Shown here piece by piece: positions 51,066 through 63,404 of a stretch of DNA of 64,000 nucleotides (position 1 is its first letter; each line of letters opens with the position of its first letter). The notes under the pieces are model-generated. The model was not told the DNA's origin and ran no database searches. It saw only the letters and a program-made list of their open reading frames with translations. The position numbers and the translations under genes were made by a program. The DNA is from Podarcis bocagei (lineage: Eukaryota). The stretch lies in NCBI GenBank assembly GCA_964188305.1, contig OZ076900.1, one strand, 5' to 3'.

Positions 51066-51891
51066 TACTCTCATCCCTGTCTTTGGACTTCATACATCCC
51101 AGACCAGAATCTGATAGCGGACTAAATCTGCAAAATTAAATTTATTTATTTTTTAAAAATGAAATACTTGTCTATTCCCAAGTCTAATATAAAGGTTAAA
51201 GTAGTAAACTGCAGATTCGATGTTCATTAAGAATTCACCCATCTGCTGTGGTGCTGCCCACCACTGTGGTCCTTGAATTCATCCATCTTCCACCTCAAAA
51301 ATGTCATTAATATGTTTAGCGTTAATTCATTCTAGTTCCGATGCTTCAATTCAGGTTCATGTTAGCAGAATATATTCATCACAAATGATGAGACTTGAAA
51401 AGGCAGATTTAGATTCTGACAGAGAATAATTTATCATGGGCAGGAAAGAAGCTTTCTACCAACTGGGCTATTTGAAAGTTGCAAGATGAAAATATACCAA
51501 CAGGAGAGACTATGCAAAGTGAGGTGGGGGTGAGGGAGAAAAAAGGGAAATCTAGGGGAGACTGCTATCAGGTTTGGCCTTCTCAAATGAAAGAAACACA
51601 ATTCCAGGAAAAAATTTATTTTCTTCTTCTCTGCTGTATGCTTCTGCAGATCCGTGAAAAGACATTTGACCCCGAGGTTCTGAATGGAGTGTAAATGGAG
51701 AAAATAGGGTTGAAATCCCCAAGCAGAGAGTTATACAGAGCAATCATCCATTTCCCAAAGGTCTGAGAGTTTGTGAGCAGGGTAAGAGTTAGAAAATCAG
51801 AATAGGAAGCACATACCACCAGCTCCAGAAGACAACACACCAACAACAACCTAGAAAAGTGACTGTCTCTACTCAGCCATCTTAGCTGATA

Positions 51892-52126
51892 CAGTGGTAC
51901 CTCTGGATGCAAACGGGATCTGTTCCAGAGCTCTGTTCGCATCCAGAAGTGAATGCAACCCACGTCAGCATGTCTGCGTGTGCGCAGGTTGTGATTCGCT
52001 GCTTCTGCACATGCGCGAGCGGTAAAACCCGGAAGTAGCACACTCCGTTACTTCCAGGTCTCCGCAGAGCGCAACCTGAAAATACTTATCCCGAAGCTAC
52101 TTCAGCCCGAGGTATGACTATGACTG
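51892..52126. mobile_element. Tigger-like MITE
   Basis: TA|CAGTGGTACCTC...CCCGAGGTATGACTATGACTG|TA, with a small duplication in the right TIR. Confidence 0.8.
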
Positions 52127-54878
52127 TACTTCAAGACCAGCATCAAGTGTGGGTATTTGTGGGGAAAAGGTCAAATCCCGCAACCCATAACATATGTTAT
52201 GAAAGTTACATAATTTCACCACAGTAAGACGAAAAATCTAGTTTTTGGTGGAAGACCAACCACAGCAGAAGATAAAGGGGGTGCCCCACAAATCTCAGAA
52301 ATCACTGGGATTAGTTAAGCTACCCTGAGAACTGCCGCTCTGTGAGGGCAATAGGGTGTCTCCTAATGACTCTCAGCACAAGAGCTTTTTTCAGCCAGAA
52401 CTCCCCGAAACTCAGTTCCGGCACTTCTCAGGTGGGCACCATTACCATTATAAGCGAACAAGGGAAGCATTCATGTTGTGTTCTATTTTTGAAAAAGCAC
52501 TGCTCGGCACCCTTCACAAACTACACTTCTCATGATTCTTTGGCAGAATCTATCACTGTTTAAAGTGATATGATGCTATTTTAAATGTGCAGCTCACATG
52601 GGGCACAAATCTGAAGCACCAACTGCCATACCACACTGACTTTTCATCACTGTTTGAACATTTTCCTGTTGCCTTGATTACATTTTAGAAAAGTGAGGCA
52701 AACATTCTAGAAATAAAATCATAAAGAAAATAATGTTTAGCCCCAGACTCGTGTGCTATTTGCTGAATTCTTGCATCAGCTCGTTTGCTTTCGGAACAGC
52801 AGCTCTTGTTTTCAACCAATCTCTCTCAGAAAGCAACACAATACAGAGTAGAGACTCCATACTAAATGGGTTTGGGCTAAATTAAAGAGACCCTTGAACT
52901 GCAACAATCGATGCCTTTCATTGATTTTAAGCTTTTGTCTATTTGTAATTGACACGCTAACAAGCCCAAGTTGCCTTTCACAGTCATTAATAATCCTATA
53001 AATGAAGTTGGAAGTCTAATCCTCTCTTTGTACCCCCCCCCCAACAAATACCCATCTTAACCGTAAAGAGTTAATCAATTACTTTAATAAAGGTCATTTT
53101 AAGAAAAAAAAGACTCAAGTAAATGAGTTGAGATGAGAAGATATTGGGAGCAGACCTCAGTGTACTCTCAGCGATATTACCCACCTCAACTTAATTAAAG
53201 TCAATGACTTAATAAAGTTCTTAGTTAGTAAACCAATATCCAAATTTCTCATGACTCCTTTAATTTTAATGAACTTGTTTGCAGTCTGTTGTTCTGCCAA
53301 CAAGATCAAAACATATTAAGTCCTAGTTTACATTGTCAAGTGCAAGGGGGGCGGGGTTGCGGGTGGGAGAAAAGAAGAGGAAGAGCCGATGGTCTAGACA
53401 AATGAGACAAGCTTTCTTTTAATAACCAACAGGCACCAATTGTTCAAGTGAAATCATTGTTCTATTTGCTGCAAAAACAAAACAACCATAAAGGCCTTAT
53501 CCAGGCAATCTCTGATTTAGGGCATAGTTGTTGTTGTTGTTGCTTTCTATATTCAAATCAGCTGATAGAATTAAGCTAATGCATGAGTGCATTGCAATGT
53601 GTGAATCAGAACAATTTAGAGTGCAGATCTCTGAAATCTGAACTACATAATCAAATGGGCATAAGAAGACCTTGCTTGATCAGGCCAATGGCCCATCTGG
53701 TCCAGCATCTTTTCCTCACAGTGGTCAACTAGGAAACACCAAGCTAGACTAACCACAAGAGGACTCACCCCTTCTGTGGCTTCCAGCAATTGTTATTCAG
53801 AAGCATTATTGCCTCTTGAATGTGGAATCAGCTCATACCCACCATGCTGGCTATAAGGAGTGAGATTAGTTGATTTGTGCATAGATCCATGTGCATTGCA
53901 TATAAGAATATTCCCCTAGTGAAAAATGACTATGTATATACAAAAACTAGGATGCCAGGGGAAAGGGTATCTAGCTTCTCCCCAATATGAGAATGTATAT
54001 GCAAAGAGGGTTGTTGTTTTAATATGGGCAATCCAGTATGCCTTGAATAATATAAGACAAATTCACATTCCAGTGCCCGGTAGAATGACCTTGTTTGATC
54101 ACCCAATCGCTAACGGTCCCTGTTTGAACCAATTGTTTTATTGACCAGTTCTACCACTCTTACGTTCTAATTTTGTTTTATGTCATTATGACCTATGGTC
54201 ACACAATAAAAATATATAAAACTACTTTAAAAATGGAGAAGCAGAGAAGTCATGCCCCAGTAATGAAATTCTCTCCCTGGGGAGGAAATCTTGTGCAGTT
54301 TCTGACATCGGGCAAAGACCTTTTCATTTACCTGGCCCTTGTAAAATACTGCTTCAATTGTGTGGTGTTGTTGTTTTGGGGAAAAAATGCTGCTGGCTTT
54401 TTATGGTTCTGCTGTTTCAATGTGCAACTTCAAAAAAAGAAGAAGTGTATTTGATTGTTGTTTTACCTTGATCTTTTGTTTTAATTACTGTAATGTGCCC
54501 TGAGAGTTGTGTTAACACTAAAGAAGGGGGTGTAGATGGGCACATAAATTTATGAATTATGTGGTATTGTTGGGACCAGTTCACTTAAGTGATCGCCTTA
54601 TCCCCATAGGTGTCCACTCAATCACTTTGTGCACTTTTACAACTGCCATACAGTGTTCATTCTGCATTTGTGAGGAGTTAATACTTTAGTGTGGCATCAC
54701 CTATGCTCTGGAACTCCCAGTGTCTTGACACTAGGTAGGTGCCTTCATGATAATGTTTTAGTGCAAACATTATCAGTTGTTAGCATTCAATGACTAATAT
54801 ATTAATTAGCTATCTACACATTATCCAGTCTTGGGCAGCTAGCCATTAAGCAACCACACAAATGTACAATGCTGACTG

Positions 54879-55014
54879 CAGACCCTCCAAGTGTCCCTAT
54901 TTTCCAGGGACAGTCCCTGATTTACAGAAGCCATCCTGGTTTCTGATTTTACCCTGAAACGTCCCACTTTTCCTTAGGACATCCCTATTTTCATCAGAAA
55001 AATGTTGGCAGGTA
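54879..55014. mobile_element. Short hAT-like MITE
   Basis: cagaccctccaagtgtccctattttccagggacagtccc...aatgttggcagg. A reverse-orientation relative lies at ~41997-42134. Related gggaca/tgtccc elements at 15198, ~28320-28397 and ~37000-37075. Confidence 0.55.
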
Positions 55015-55849
55015 AGTGATTGCAGTGGCCCTTGTTTCCACTACCACCTTTCATGGGTTTCTGGCCAGGACTGATCTTTCTCCCTCCACAAGAGTTGGCA
55101 GTAACTACCAGTGAACTCCTCTGACAGCTGGCACTGGCTTCAGCACTGTGGTAAGGGGTCAGTTGACTTTGTACCACTCCAAGAATACTTAGAGTCTTCC
55201 AAATTACTTTGCACTTTGCATTTCAGACCTGGGGCTTATCATGCGGTTAAGCCTAACAAGTGAAAATATCTATACAAAGCTTTGTGTACAAAACAGATAA
55301 CAGCAGGGTGAGAAAGATGGGAACATTCTGTGGAATAACTGACCATAAATTTGCTCTCTAATGAAGGATGGAGAGAAATTGAAGAGAAAGAAGGTTTCCA
55401 AAGCTCCCCCCCCCACCCATTTGTAGGTGTTTTTCCATTAACCAGCCTTTGCAAATGGACCCCATAGGGTTGGTTATTCTTATAGCTAAACCCTGACTGA
55501 TTATCCGCCCCATTCACTAGACGCACATTACTGTGATGAAATGTACATGTTTTGGTCCCAGCATGAGGGTAGAGTCCCCACATGGTGAGTAATTCCATGC
55601 CTGCTCCAAAGCGAGAAGAGATGCATTACCCCAAAGTTAGTTATAAGGAAGACTAGGTGCATCCTTTCTTTATAATTTTGCATATAGTCATGCTTGAAAA
55701 CTCCTGCAGCTTCGTTCCTGGTCTGTGCCTTTTATTTTTCACCCACCATGTTTGTTGCTGTTGTTATTGCTCTGTAGTTTTTTAAAAAACCATGATACAA
55801 TTTGCTTGCTGGCAGCTTTGGCTCTAAGTAAAATATAAAATGCCATAAA

Positions 55850-56665
55850 TCAGAAATCTCATCTAAAGCATCCATGACAGATGGCCATCCAACCTCTGCT
55901 TAAAAATCTCCAAGGAAGGAGAGTCCAACACCTTACAAGGGAGTTTGTTCCACTGTTGAGAAGCTATTACCACCAGCAAGTTCTTTTTGATGTTTATCTC
56001 CTTTCTTGTAACTTGAAACCATTGGTTCTGGTCCTACCCTCTGGAGCAGGAGAAAACAAGCCTGCTCCATCTTCCATGTGAAAGCCCTTTAGATCTTTTT
56101 TCACATGCTACTGACAATCCAGGTGTTCCCCATCTTGTATTTACACAGCTGCTTCTTCTTGTCTAAGTTCAGAACCTGACATTTGTCCTTACTGAAATTC
56201 ATTTTGTTAGTTTGGGCCCAGTTCTCCCATCTGTTAAAGTCATCTTGAATCCTGATACTGTCTTCTGCAGCATTAGCTACCCCTCCCAGTTTGGGGCAAT
56301 CTGCAAATTTGATAAGGATCCCCTCAATGCCTTCATCCAAGTTATTTATATATACATTGGACAACAATGGGCCAAGAACAGAACCATGTGACACCCCATG
56401 TCACTTTTTCCCAGGATGATGAAGAACCATTAGTGAGCACTCTTTTGGTTTGGTCAGTCAACCAGCTACAAATACACCAACAGATACCTCGTCCAGTCCA
56501 CGTTTTACCAGATTTATCAGGGGGGACTTTATCAAAAGCCTTAATGAAATCAACATACACAGCGTTCGCAGGATCCCCCTGATCAACCAAGCTTTTCACT
56601 CTATCAAAAAAAGAAATGAGATTTGTCTGGCACTGCTTGTTTTTGAGATTCCCATGCTGGGTCAC
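55850..56665 (-). mobile_element. Older, deleted CR1 LINE fragment (RT domain)
   Basis: Motifs QTNLISFFD, VYVDFIKAFDKVP, GSVLGPLL..YINNLDEGIE..LIKFAD, MNFSKDKCQVL and LFSPAPEGRTRTNGFKLQE, spread across frameshifts. Confidence 0.88.
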
Positions 56666-56737
56666 AGTATAAATTGGGAAGAAGGAGAACCAAGTACATC
56701 ACCTTGAGCTCCTCAGAAGAAAAAGTGGGAATTGGAA

Positions 56738-56738
<1 letters not shown>

Positions 56739-56768
<30 letters not shown>

Positions 56769-56808
56769 AAGAAGAAGAAGAAGAAGAAGAAGAAGAAGAA
56801 GAAGAAGA
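56739..56808. repeat. (AAG)n microsatellite
   Basis: Direct inspection. Confidence 0.97.
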
Positions 56809-59278
56809 TTTGAACATAGGTCAGGACATAGGTCCAGATGTTGGATTCCTATAAAGACATTGGGAAATTCCATCAAAGATATAAATGAAGGCTCCATATA
56901 CACCATACATTTAAAAGACATGACTCCCCCTGAAGAATCCTGAGAACTCTAGTTTACCTCTCACAGAGCTACTTTTCCCAGGCTTCTTCTTTTTTTGTGG
57001 GGTGTGTGCGTGTGTGTTTTAAATGTGCATTAAATGCATGGTGCATATAAAGCCAAAAGTGGACATTGCTGCTGTTCCAGGTTTTTGTCGCAGGTCTGGA
57101 ACAGAAATTATGTTAAATAACAGACAGCAAGATGAATAATGTTAGTATTTGGAGGAAACCAATTTGCAGCAGAATGGAAACAGTGTTGATTGTGGTGATG
57201 ATAGTTTGGAACAGAAATCACTGCCTTCTTATATCCTTAGTCCCAACTCCCATCATCCCCAGCCAGCATGCTCCATGATCAAGGATGAGGGGAGTTGTAG
57301 TCCTGCTACAGCTTTTCCACTCCCAAATTAGAATACTGGCACATTCCATCTAGAGTTGTGTGCTCCCACTTGCAGTGGTTATCTTACAGTTTAGGCAAAT
57401 GGCTATCCAAGCCCTGTTGACTGAGACTGGTAATGCCAAAGGAGCCTTTTGGTGTGAAAACCACATGTTTTACCCCCTGCTATTTAAAATAAAAAGATGA
57501 GCTATGGTCAATGAACAAAACGGACATGGTAGGTTCTAAGTATACAAAAGCAATCCTGTAGCTAATGGATGGAAAAGAAATACATGTCTGGCTTCACATG
57601 ACAATCTAATCCTCATGTGGTTGCACTACTACATGGTAAAAATGGCTGTCTCTGCTCAGGGGTATTGAGCCACAACTATTCCAAGTCTGTGAAACAGAGC
57701 TGGAGAGATAATTGCCTTGCCCAGGAGACAAAAAGAGTCCCTGATGGAGGGGGAATCTTGAACCAAGACCTTACCAGAACCAAATACAATTCATTATCTC
57801 CCCCAACCCCCATCTTTCTCTTGGGCTGCACAGCCTCTCATGCAACAATGACATTGTATGACATTCACTGAGTTGGATTGGTATCATCACTTATGTCAAT
57901 AATTCACAGGGAAAGAATAGCAAGCAAGCAAGAAGGGGGAAAAGGAATTAAATAAGGGCACAAGACTGACATTGCCAGCCTTCCTTTCAACAGGGGAGGT
58001 TGAGATTAACGGGATTTCAATTGTAGGGAATGCACATCACGTTATCATCGTTTTGACAAGATCAGCGAGTGTCACCGGAGATAACTGTGATAAAATACTA
58101 GGATGACAGATAAAAGAATATGAGCACCCCACCCTCCAAACCCAAGCCTCCTGAGATGAGATCTGGCTGTTTTCCGTAACAGTGTCCTACTGATATAATG
58201 TACGGCATACATAAACCCCACAGAGTATGGGGATAATACTGTTCCTGACATGGATTCACTGCACTGAGCTCTTGGGCATTACAGAGTCTATTTTAAGTTA
58301 AAAGACTTCAGATCATTTTAAATCACTTTTCACAGATCTAGTACAATCAACTCCAGTGGCTGCTTTAATTTCCTTTTTGTCTCCAGAGGGACGATGATGT
58401 GACACTTTTTTTTAGGGGGGTGGGACAGAACTCAAGAGCAACAGTCTTCCTGGGATTAACATCCCAAGCAGGACATAAATCCTCTCTCTCTCCACTTTGT
58501 GGGAGGAGAAGTGTACATCTCAGCTTGGACACACACACATGCACACACACAAACACACACACACACACACACACACACTCCCCCTCAGACTTGTTGTTAG
58601 CAAAGTCATTTAAATAATGCACATGCAGGACAGAGAGAAAAGAAATCCTGCTAATACTTTACTGAAGAAACTGAGCAAAACACAATGCATAGTTTGAAGA
58701 GAGGTCTAGTTCTGTGGCCCTACCTTACTTATGTATCCCCTATGATGTTATAGTTTATAATTATTGTGTAATGTTTTAATTCTGACTATCGGTCGAATAA
58801 AGAATTTGATGATGATGATAGTTTGAAGAGAAAGTAAGAAAGAGCACCTGTTTTTCTGACATTTTACAGGGCAGGGAGAGCATTCAACCAAATTTACAGA
58901 GGAAAAACTGCCTCAGGACAGCACATCCAACCAGGACCCCGACTGCAAGCCCAATTCTGTGGAACTCCTCATGATTGAGATCAGAGAGGACTCCCCTGTT
59001 TAACCTCCAATGCTAGGAGAAGCAAGTATTTTACGTAAGCTGTTCTGATTGTACGGGCATATTGGGTATTATTCAACTAAGTTTTACTCAGAGCAGGCCT
59101 GTTGAGATGGACCTGCATTTTTCATGTTTGTTAACTTCAGTGGGTCTATCCTGTATAAATTGGAACTTACTTTTATCTCTATGGTAACTCTTTTATAACC
59201 TCACTGCATACCAGTTAGAAATGACAACCCTATCAAGATACAACAGGCACCCACTAGCTGCACCTTCCGAAACAACTA

Positions 59279-59477
59279 CAGTGGTACCTCTGGTTACTGA
59301 TGCTTCAGGTTACAGACTCTGCTAACCCAGAAATAGTTCTCCGGTTAAGAACTTTGCTTCAGGGTGAGAACAGAAATCGCCGGCAGTGGTGTGGGGGCAG
59401 CGGGAGGCCCCATTAGCTAAAGTAGTACCTCGGGTTAAGAACAGATTCAGTTAAGTTCTTTACCCGAGGTACCATTG
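59279..59477. mobile_element. Tigger-like MITE, shorter copy of the 39102 family
   Basis: TA|CAGTGGTACCTC...CCCGAGGTACCATTG|TA; colinear with 39102-39343. Confidence 0.85.
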
Positions 59478-59611
59478 TAAAGACATTTTTGATCCAACAA
59501 GCTTCTCTCAGCTGGATGAATAGGTCTCTACTATGGATGCTGTGTTGTTTTAAAACTGTTTTTCTTAGGTTGTTTAATTGTATTTTGTACACCATGTTGA
59601 GACAGACGTGT

Positions 59612-59649
59612 TCAAACAAACAAACAAACAAACAAACAAACAAACAAAC
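59612..59649. repeat. (CAAA)n microsatellite
   Basis: Direct inspection; probably a LINE/SINE tail. Confidence 0.9.
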
Positions 59650-61120
59650 TGTTGAAATAATAAAAATAACCCAATCTGGTGAACAACCACGAGTGTTTTA
59701 AATCATACCAGTCAAAGTCTTAAATTGTGCAAACATGACAATGAGGTTAATCCAAGGCATGATTGTTGTGGTTTTTAAAAGATCACCACCTGACTAACTT
59801 AGGCCCATTCATTCCAATAGGTCTACTCTGAGTAGAGCCCATAGATATGAAAGGCTTAGTTTACAAAGCTGACTTGTTCAGGGAATCTGACCCTCAGGTT
59901 TACAGTGCAGCCAGCCACAAACTGTCTGTGCACCTTGGAAGGGGGTTGTTTATATTTAAATATTATTTTATCACACACACCAGCTTAAAAAAAGGTTCCA
60001 TAGTGGCTTACAAAAATCAAACATGACACAAAAGGGAAATGGGCTGCCAGTGAGGATGGGGGAAAACAAACTCAGGCACTAGTTATTTGATGCAAGTTGA
60101 CACCACTGCAGATGGCCGGGAGGAGTTATTGCAGTAGATCTCATGTGAGCCAAGAGACCAGTGTGCTTCCACTTAGACCTGCAAAGCCTCAAACTCTTGC
60201 TGAACATCAAAAGCTGTATTTTACCCCCGGAGTGGCCAAAGTTCAGCAACTCCCGGCTTTCTTATTCAACAGCAATACCTTCCATCTCACCTGTCTCCTT
60301 ATCCAGACTGCCACCTCCGATTGCAGGTATGCTGAGCCCCATCAACTCTCTTTTAGCAATAATCTAGACAAAGTGAAGGCCTTGCTGCCATCCATATTGC
60401 TAGTGGCCAACCGCAAGTCAGAGAGATCGATCTGAGCCTTTCCACTTACAGGGGCAAATTAATTAAACCGCCTGCCTCTGGTTACCTAAAATGCACTCCT
60501 GAAAGTGAAACAATGGTCTAAATCCATGCACCTGTGACTTGTATGTTTATTCCAGGCAATATTCATGAATGAACAGAAATGAAGAAGGCAAGGAAAAAGG
60601 AATTGCATTCACTTTTTCTTCTGAGGGTTTCTAAACAAGTGAACAAAAAGTTGTACTCCTAGGTGGAAGCTCTAATCTGCATTTAAATAGAATTCCCTTT
60701 TTTCCAACACCCTCAAATATCAAACAAGTGCCTCAAGCAACATTTTTTACAGGAGACACTTGCTGCTACACTGTGTTTTATTATAGATCTTAATCTGGCT
60801 GTCCCTAATCCCCTCATGGCTTGCATATTCGCTTTGCAACCAGTTTATCAAGTCATCTTGGTGAGGAGCAACAGCAGACGTCATTGCTAGTTCTGTTTAA
60901 TACTTGATTGTGTATGTGTGTAATATCACGCTGAAGCAATTTCAAATCAATGGCTTCCTGCTTTTTGAAAACAAGCATCTTAAACAGCACCAGACTAGTG
61001 CTGAATTTGAATCAAGACTTCATGGGAACATAAGAAGACCCCTGCTGGATCAAACCCTATACTAATAGCTTGGTCTTCAATGTGAGCACCTTTTCATTTG
61101 GGAAGTATCTATAAGAATAA

Positions 61121-61312
61121 AAACATAGGCAGTTGCCTTATACTGAGTCAGATCATTGACCCATCTCATACAGTTTTATGTATGCCAACTGGTAGCTACT
61201 CTCCAGGGTTTGATGCAGAGTTCTTTCCCAGCCTTACTTGGAAATAGCAGGATTTGGAACCGGAATGATTTGCATGCAAGTGATATTCTCTGCCTTTGAT
61301 ATGGAGCCCTTT
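61121..61312 (-). mobile_element. tRNA-derived squamate SINE
   Basis: Reverse complement of the same family (gccttatactgagtcagatcatt..ctctccagggttt..tttcccagcc..tgcatgcaag). Confidence 0.7.
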
Positions 61313-61313
61313 C

Positions 61314-61444
61314 NNNNNNNNNNNNNNNNNNNNNNNNNNNNNNNNNNNNNNNNNNNNNNNNNNNNNNNNNNNNNNNNNNNNNNNNNNNNNNNNNNNNNNN
61401 NNNNNNNNNNNNNNNNNNNNNNNNNNNNNNNNNNNNNNNNNNNN
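61314..61444. other. Assembly gap (131 N)
   Basis: Run of N. Confidence 0.99.
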
Positions 61445-61931
61445 TAAAAAGCAGAGACATCACCTTGACAACAAACGTCCATATAGTTAAAGCTATGGTT
61501 TTCCCAGTAGTGATGTATGGAAGTGAGAGCTGGATCATAAAGAAGACTGATCGCCGAAGAATGGATGCTTTTGAATTATGGTGCTGGAGGAGACTCTTGA
61601 GAGTCCCATGGACTGCAAGAAGATCAAACCTCTCCATTCTTAAGGAAATCAGCCCTGAGTGCTCACTGGAAGGACAGATCGTGAAGCTGAGGCTCCAATA
61701 CTTTGGCCACCTCATGAGAAGAGAAGACTCCCTGGAAAAGACCCTGATGTTGGGAAAGATGGAGGGCACAAGGAGAAGGGGATGACAGAGGACGAGATGG
61801 TTGGACAGTGTTCTTGAAGCTACCAGCATGAGTTTGACCAAACTGCGGGAGGCAGTGGAAGACAGGAGTGCCTGGCGTGCTCTGGTCCATGGGGTCACAA
61901 AGAGTCGGACATGACTAAACAACAACAACAT
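61445..61931 (+). mobile_element. RTE-BovB LINE 3' end (5' side lost in gap)
   Basis: VKAMVFPVVMYGSESW..DAFELWCWRRLLRVPWTARRSN..LQYFGHLMRREDSLEKTLMLGK; 3' end gagtcggacatgact-(AAC)n. Confidence 0.93.
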
Positions 61932-62667
61932 AGATATAGATATATAGCTATAGATATAGATATAGATTCATATTCCTGGGAGTAAGGCCTACTGAACTCA
62001 GTGAGGTGTGTGCCTGATGAATAGGGACAAGCAAATATGTCAATTTTGTTTTCTCTCAGTATAACTTTTTTCCAATCATTTCTTTCCAATATAATTCATC
62101 CAACCCCATTTTTCCAATCATAAATTTGAGTTTCCCAAGGATTATTACGAAGACCTGTGCACCTTAACTCCTTCATAAACAATGTACAGTTAGGAGCGAG
62201 CAGTGAGGTGGCAATGTTTCTGATCGTTTCTGATCGTTTAAAAATGGGATTGTGAAGAACTCCAAAAGAGCCTCTCTCTGAACTGGATGATGCTTGTCGG
62301 AGCAAAACAATATTAATTTCATGTAGACACTCATGGGGTCTGAACTAGCTGTAATTGTCTAGGAATGAGACCTTGGGGTCTTAGTGGATTGTCACATCCA
62401 TTTGGCACATGAGACAACAGAACAACATAGGCCATTGGCCTGATCCAGTAGGCTTTTCTTATGTTCTTCTGCTCTTATGCCTGGTTCCCTGCATTTTAAC
62501 ATCAGTTGCTCATTTTTTTAAAAAGTTGAAATAAAAATTCCTCAACATTTAGTGAAAATTTCTATCTTACATGTACATAATGTATGCTATTTCCCCAATA
62601 AGCATATTTTTGTAAAGCAATGTTCTCTAATTTAATGCATTTTTAATATTTTATTTCCACTAATATA

Positions 62668-63263
62668 CACCCTTGTGCAAATTAATTAAAACAAACAATG
62701 AATTTAGTAGTTTATTGTACAAAACTCACATATACATGTACAAAACTCACATATACGTACATTAGTAATGGATATGACCTCTGCTATTTTTAAGCAGCAT
62801 TTGAACACTGTTTGTCATGGAGTCGACTAGTTTCAAACAGTCCCTGTACCACACCTGAATCAGCGCCTGAATGAACTTCTCCATAATCATACCTTCTACA
62901 GCACGGAGGCAACTTTTGCATAAAGCCCACAAATTCTCAATGGGATTTATATCCGGGGAATTCCCTGGCTAATCAAGTACCTGTATTTCCTGCTCTGCCA
63001 TGAATTTCTTCACCACTTTCAATGTGTGACAGGGGGCTAGGTCCTGCTGCAATATCCCAGCACCGTCAGGATACCTCTTTCCCAGCTCTGGAATAACTCT
63101 CTTCCATAGAACCTCAATATATTGTGGCGAGCGCATCGTTCCTTCTATTTGCTGCAGGCTTCTGATGCCCTAATGATCAACTGACTTTTCGTGTTTGTTT
63201 TGAGTACAGGATTACGAGTAAGATGGAAAAAATGCTTTGTTTCAATTAATATGCATAAGGGAG
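62668..63263 (-). mobile_element. Internally deleted Tc1-family DNA transposon (596 bp)
   Basis: 28-bp TIRs CACCCTTGTGCAAATTAATTAAAACAAA / CTCCCTTATGCATATTAATTGAAACAAA (24/28). TA on both sides (62666-67, 63264-65). Contains a transposase C-terminus. Confidence 0.9.
62762..63148 (-). pseudogene. Tc1-like DD34E transposase C-terminal remnant
   Basis: Manual translation IEGTMRSPQYIEVL...GILQQDLAPCHTLKVVKKFMAEQEIQVLD*PGNSPDINPIENLW...LVDSMTNSVQMLLKNSRGHIHY*. 34 residues lie between D and E, with one nonsense codon at the conserved W. AATAAA at 62716-62711. Confidence 0.9.
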
Positions 63264-63342
63264 TATGCATTTTATGCACACTCTGGCATTGCTTGTGTAG
63301 AGAACTGTGAGTGTTGAGGGTTTGTTGTGTTTCATTTCACAT

Positions 63343-63404
63343 GTTGTTGTTGTTGTTTTGTCGTGTCTGACTCTTCATGACTCCATGGACCAGAGCACGC
63401 CAGG
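63343..63404 (-). mobile_element. 62-bp 5'-truncated BovB-type 3' end
   Basis: Reverse complement of 61869-61930 including the (AAC)n tail. 10-bp TSD catttcacat (63333-63342, 63405-63414). Confidence 0.85.

Noticed and set aside
56604-56943. Poly-Arg and poly-Leu ORFs (likewise poly-Phe at 4908)
   Set aside because: Translations of AAG/TTC microsatellites.
61176-61931. 251-aa minus-strand ORF
   Set aside because: Antisense frame of BovB, artificially extended through an N gap.
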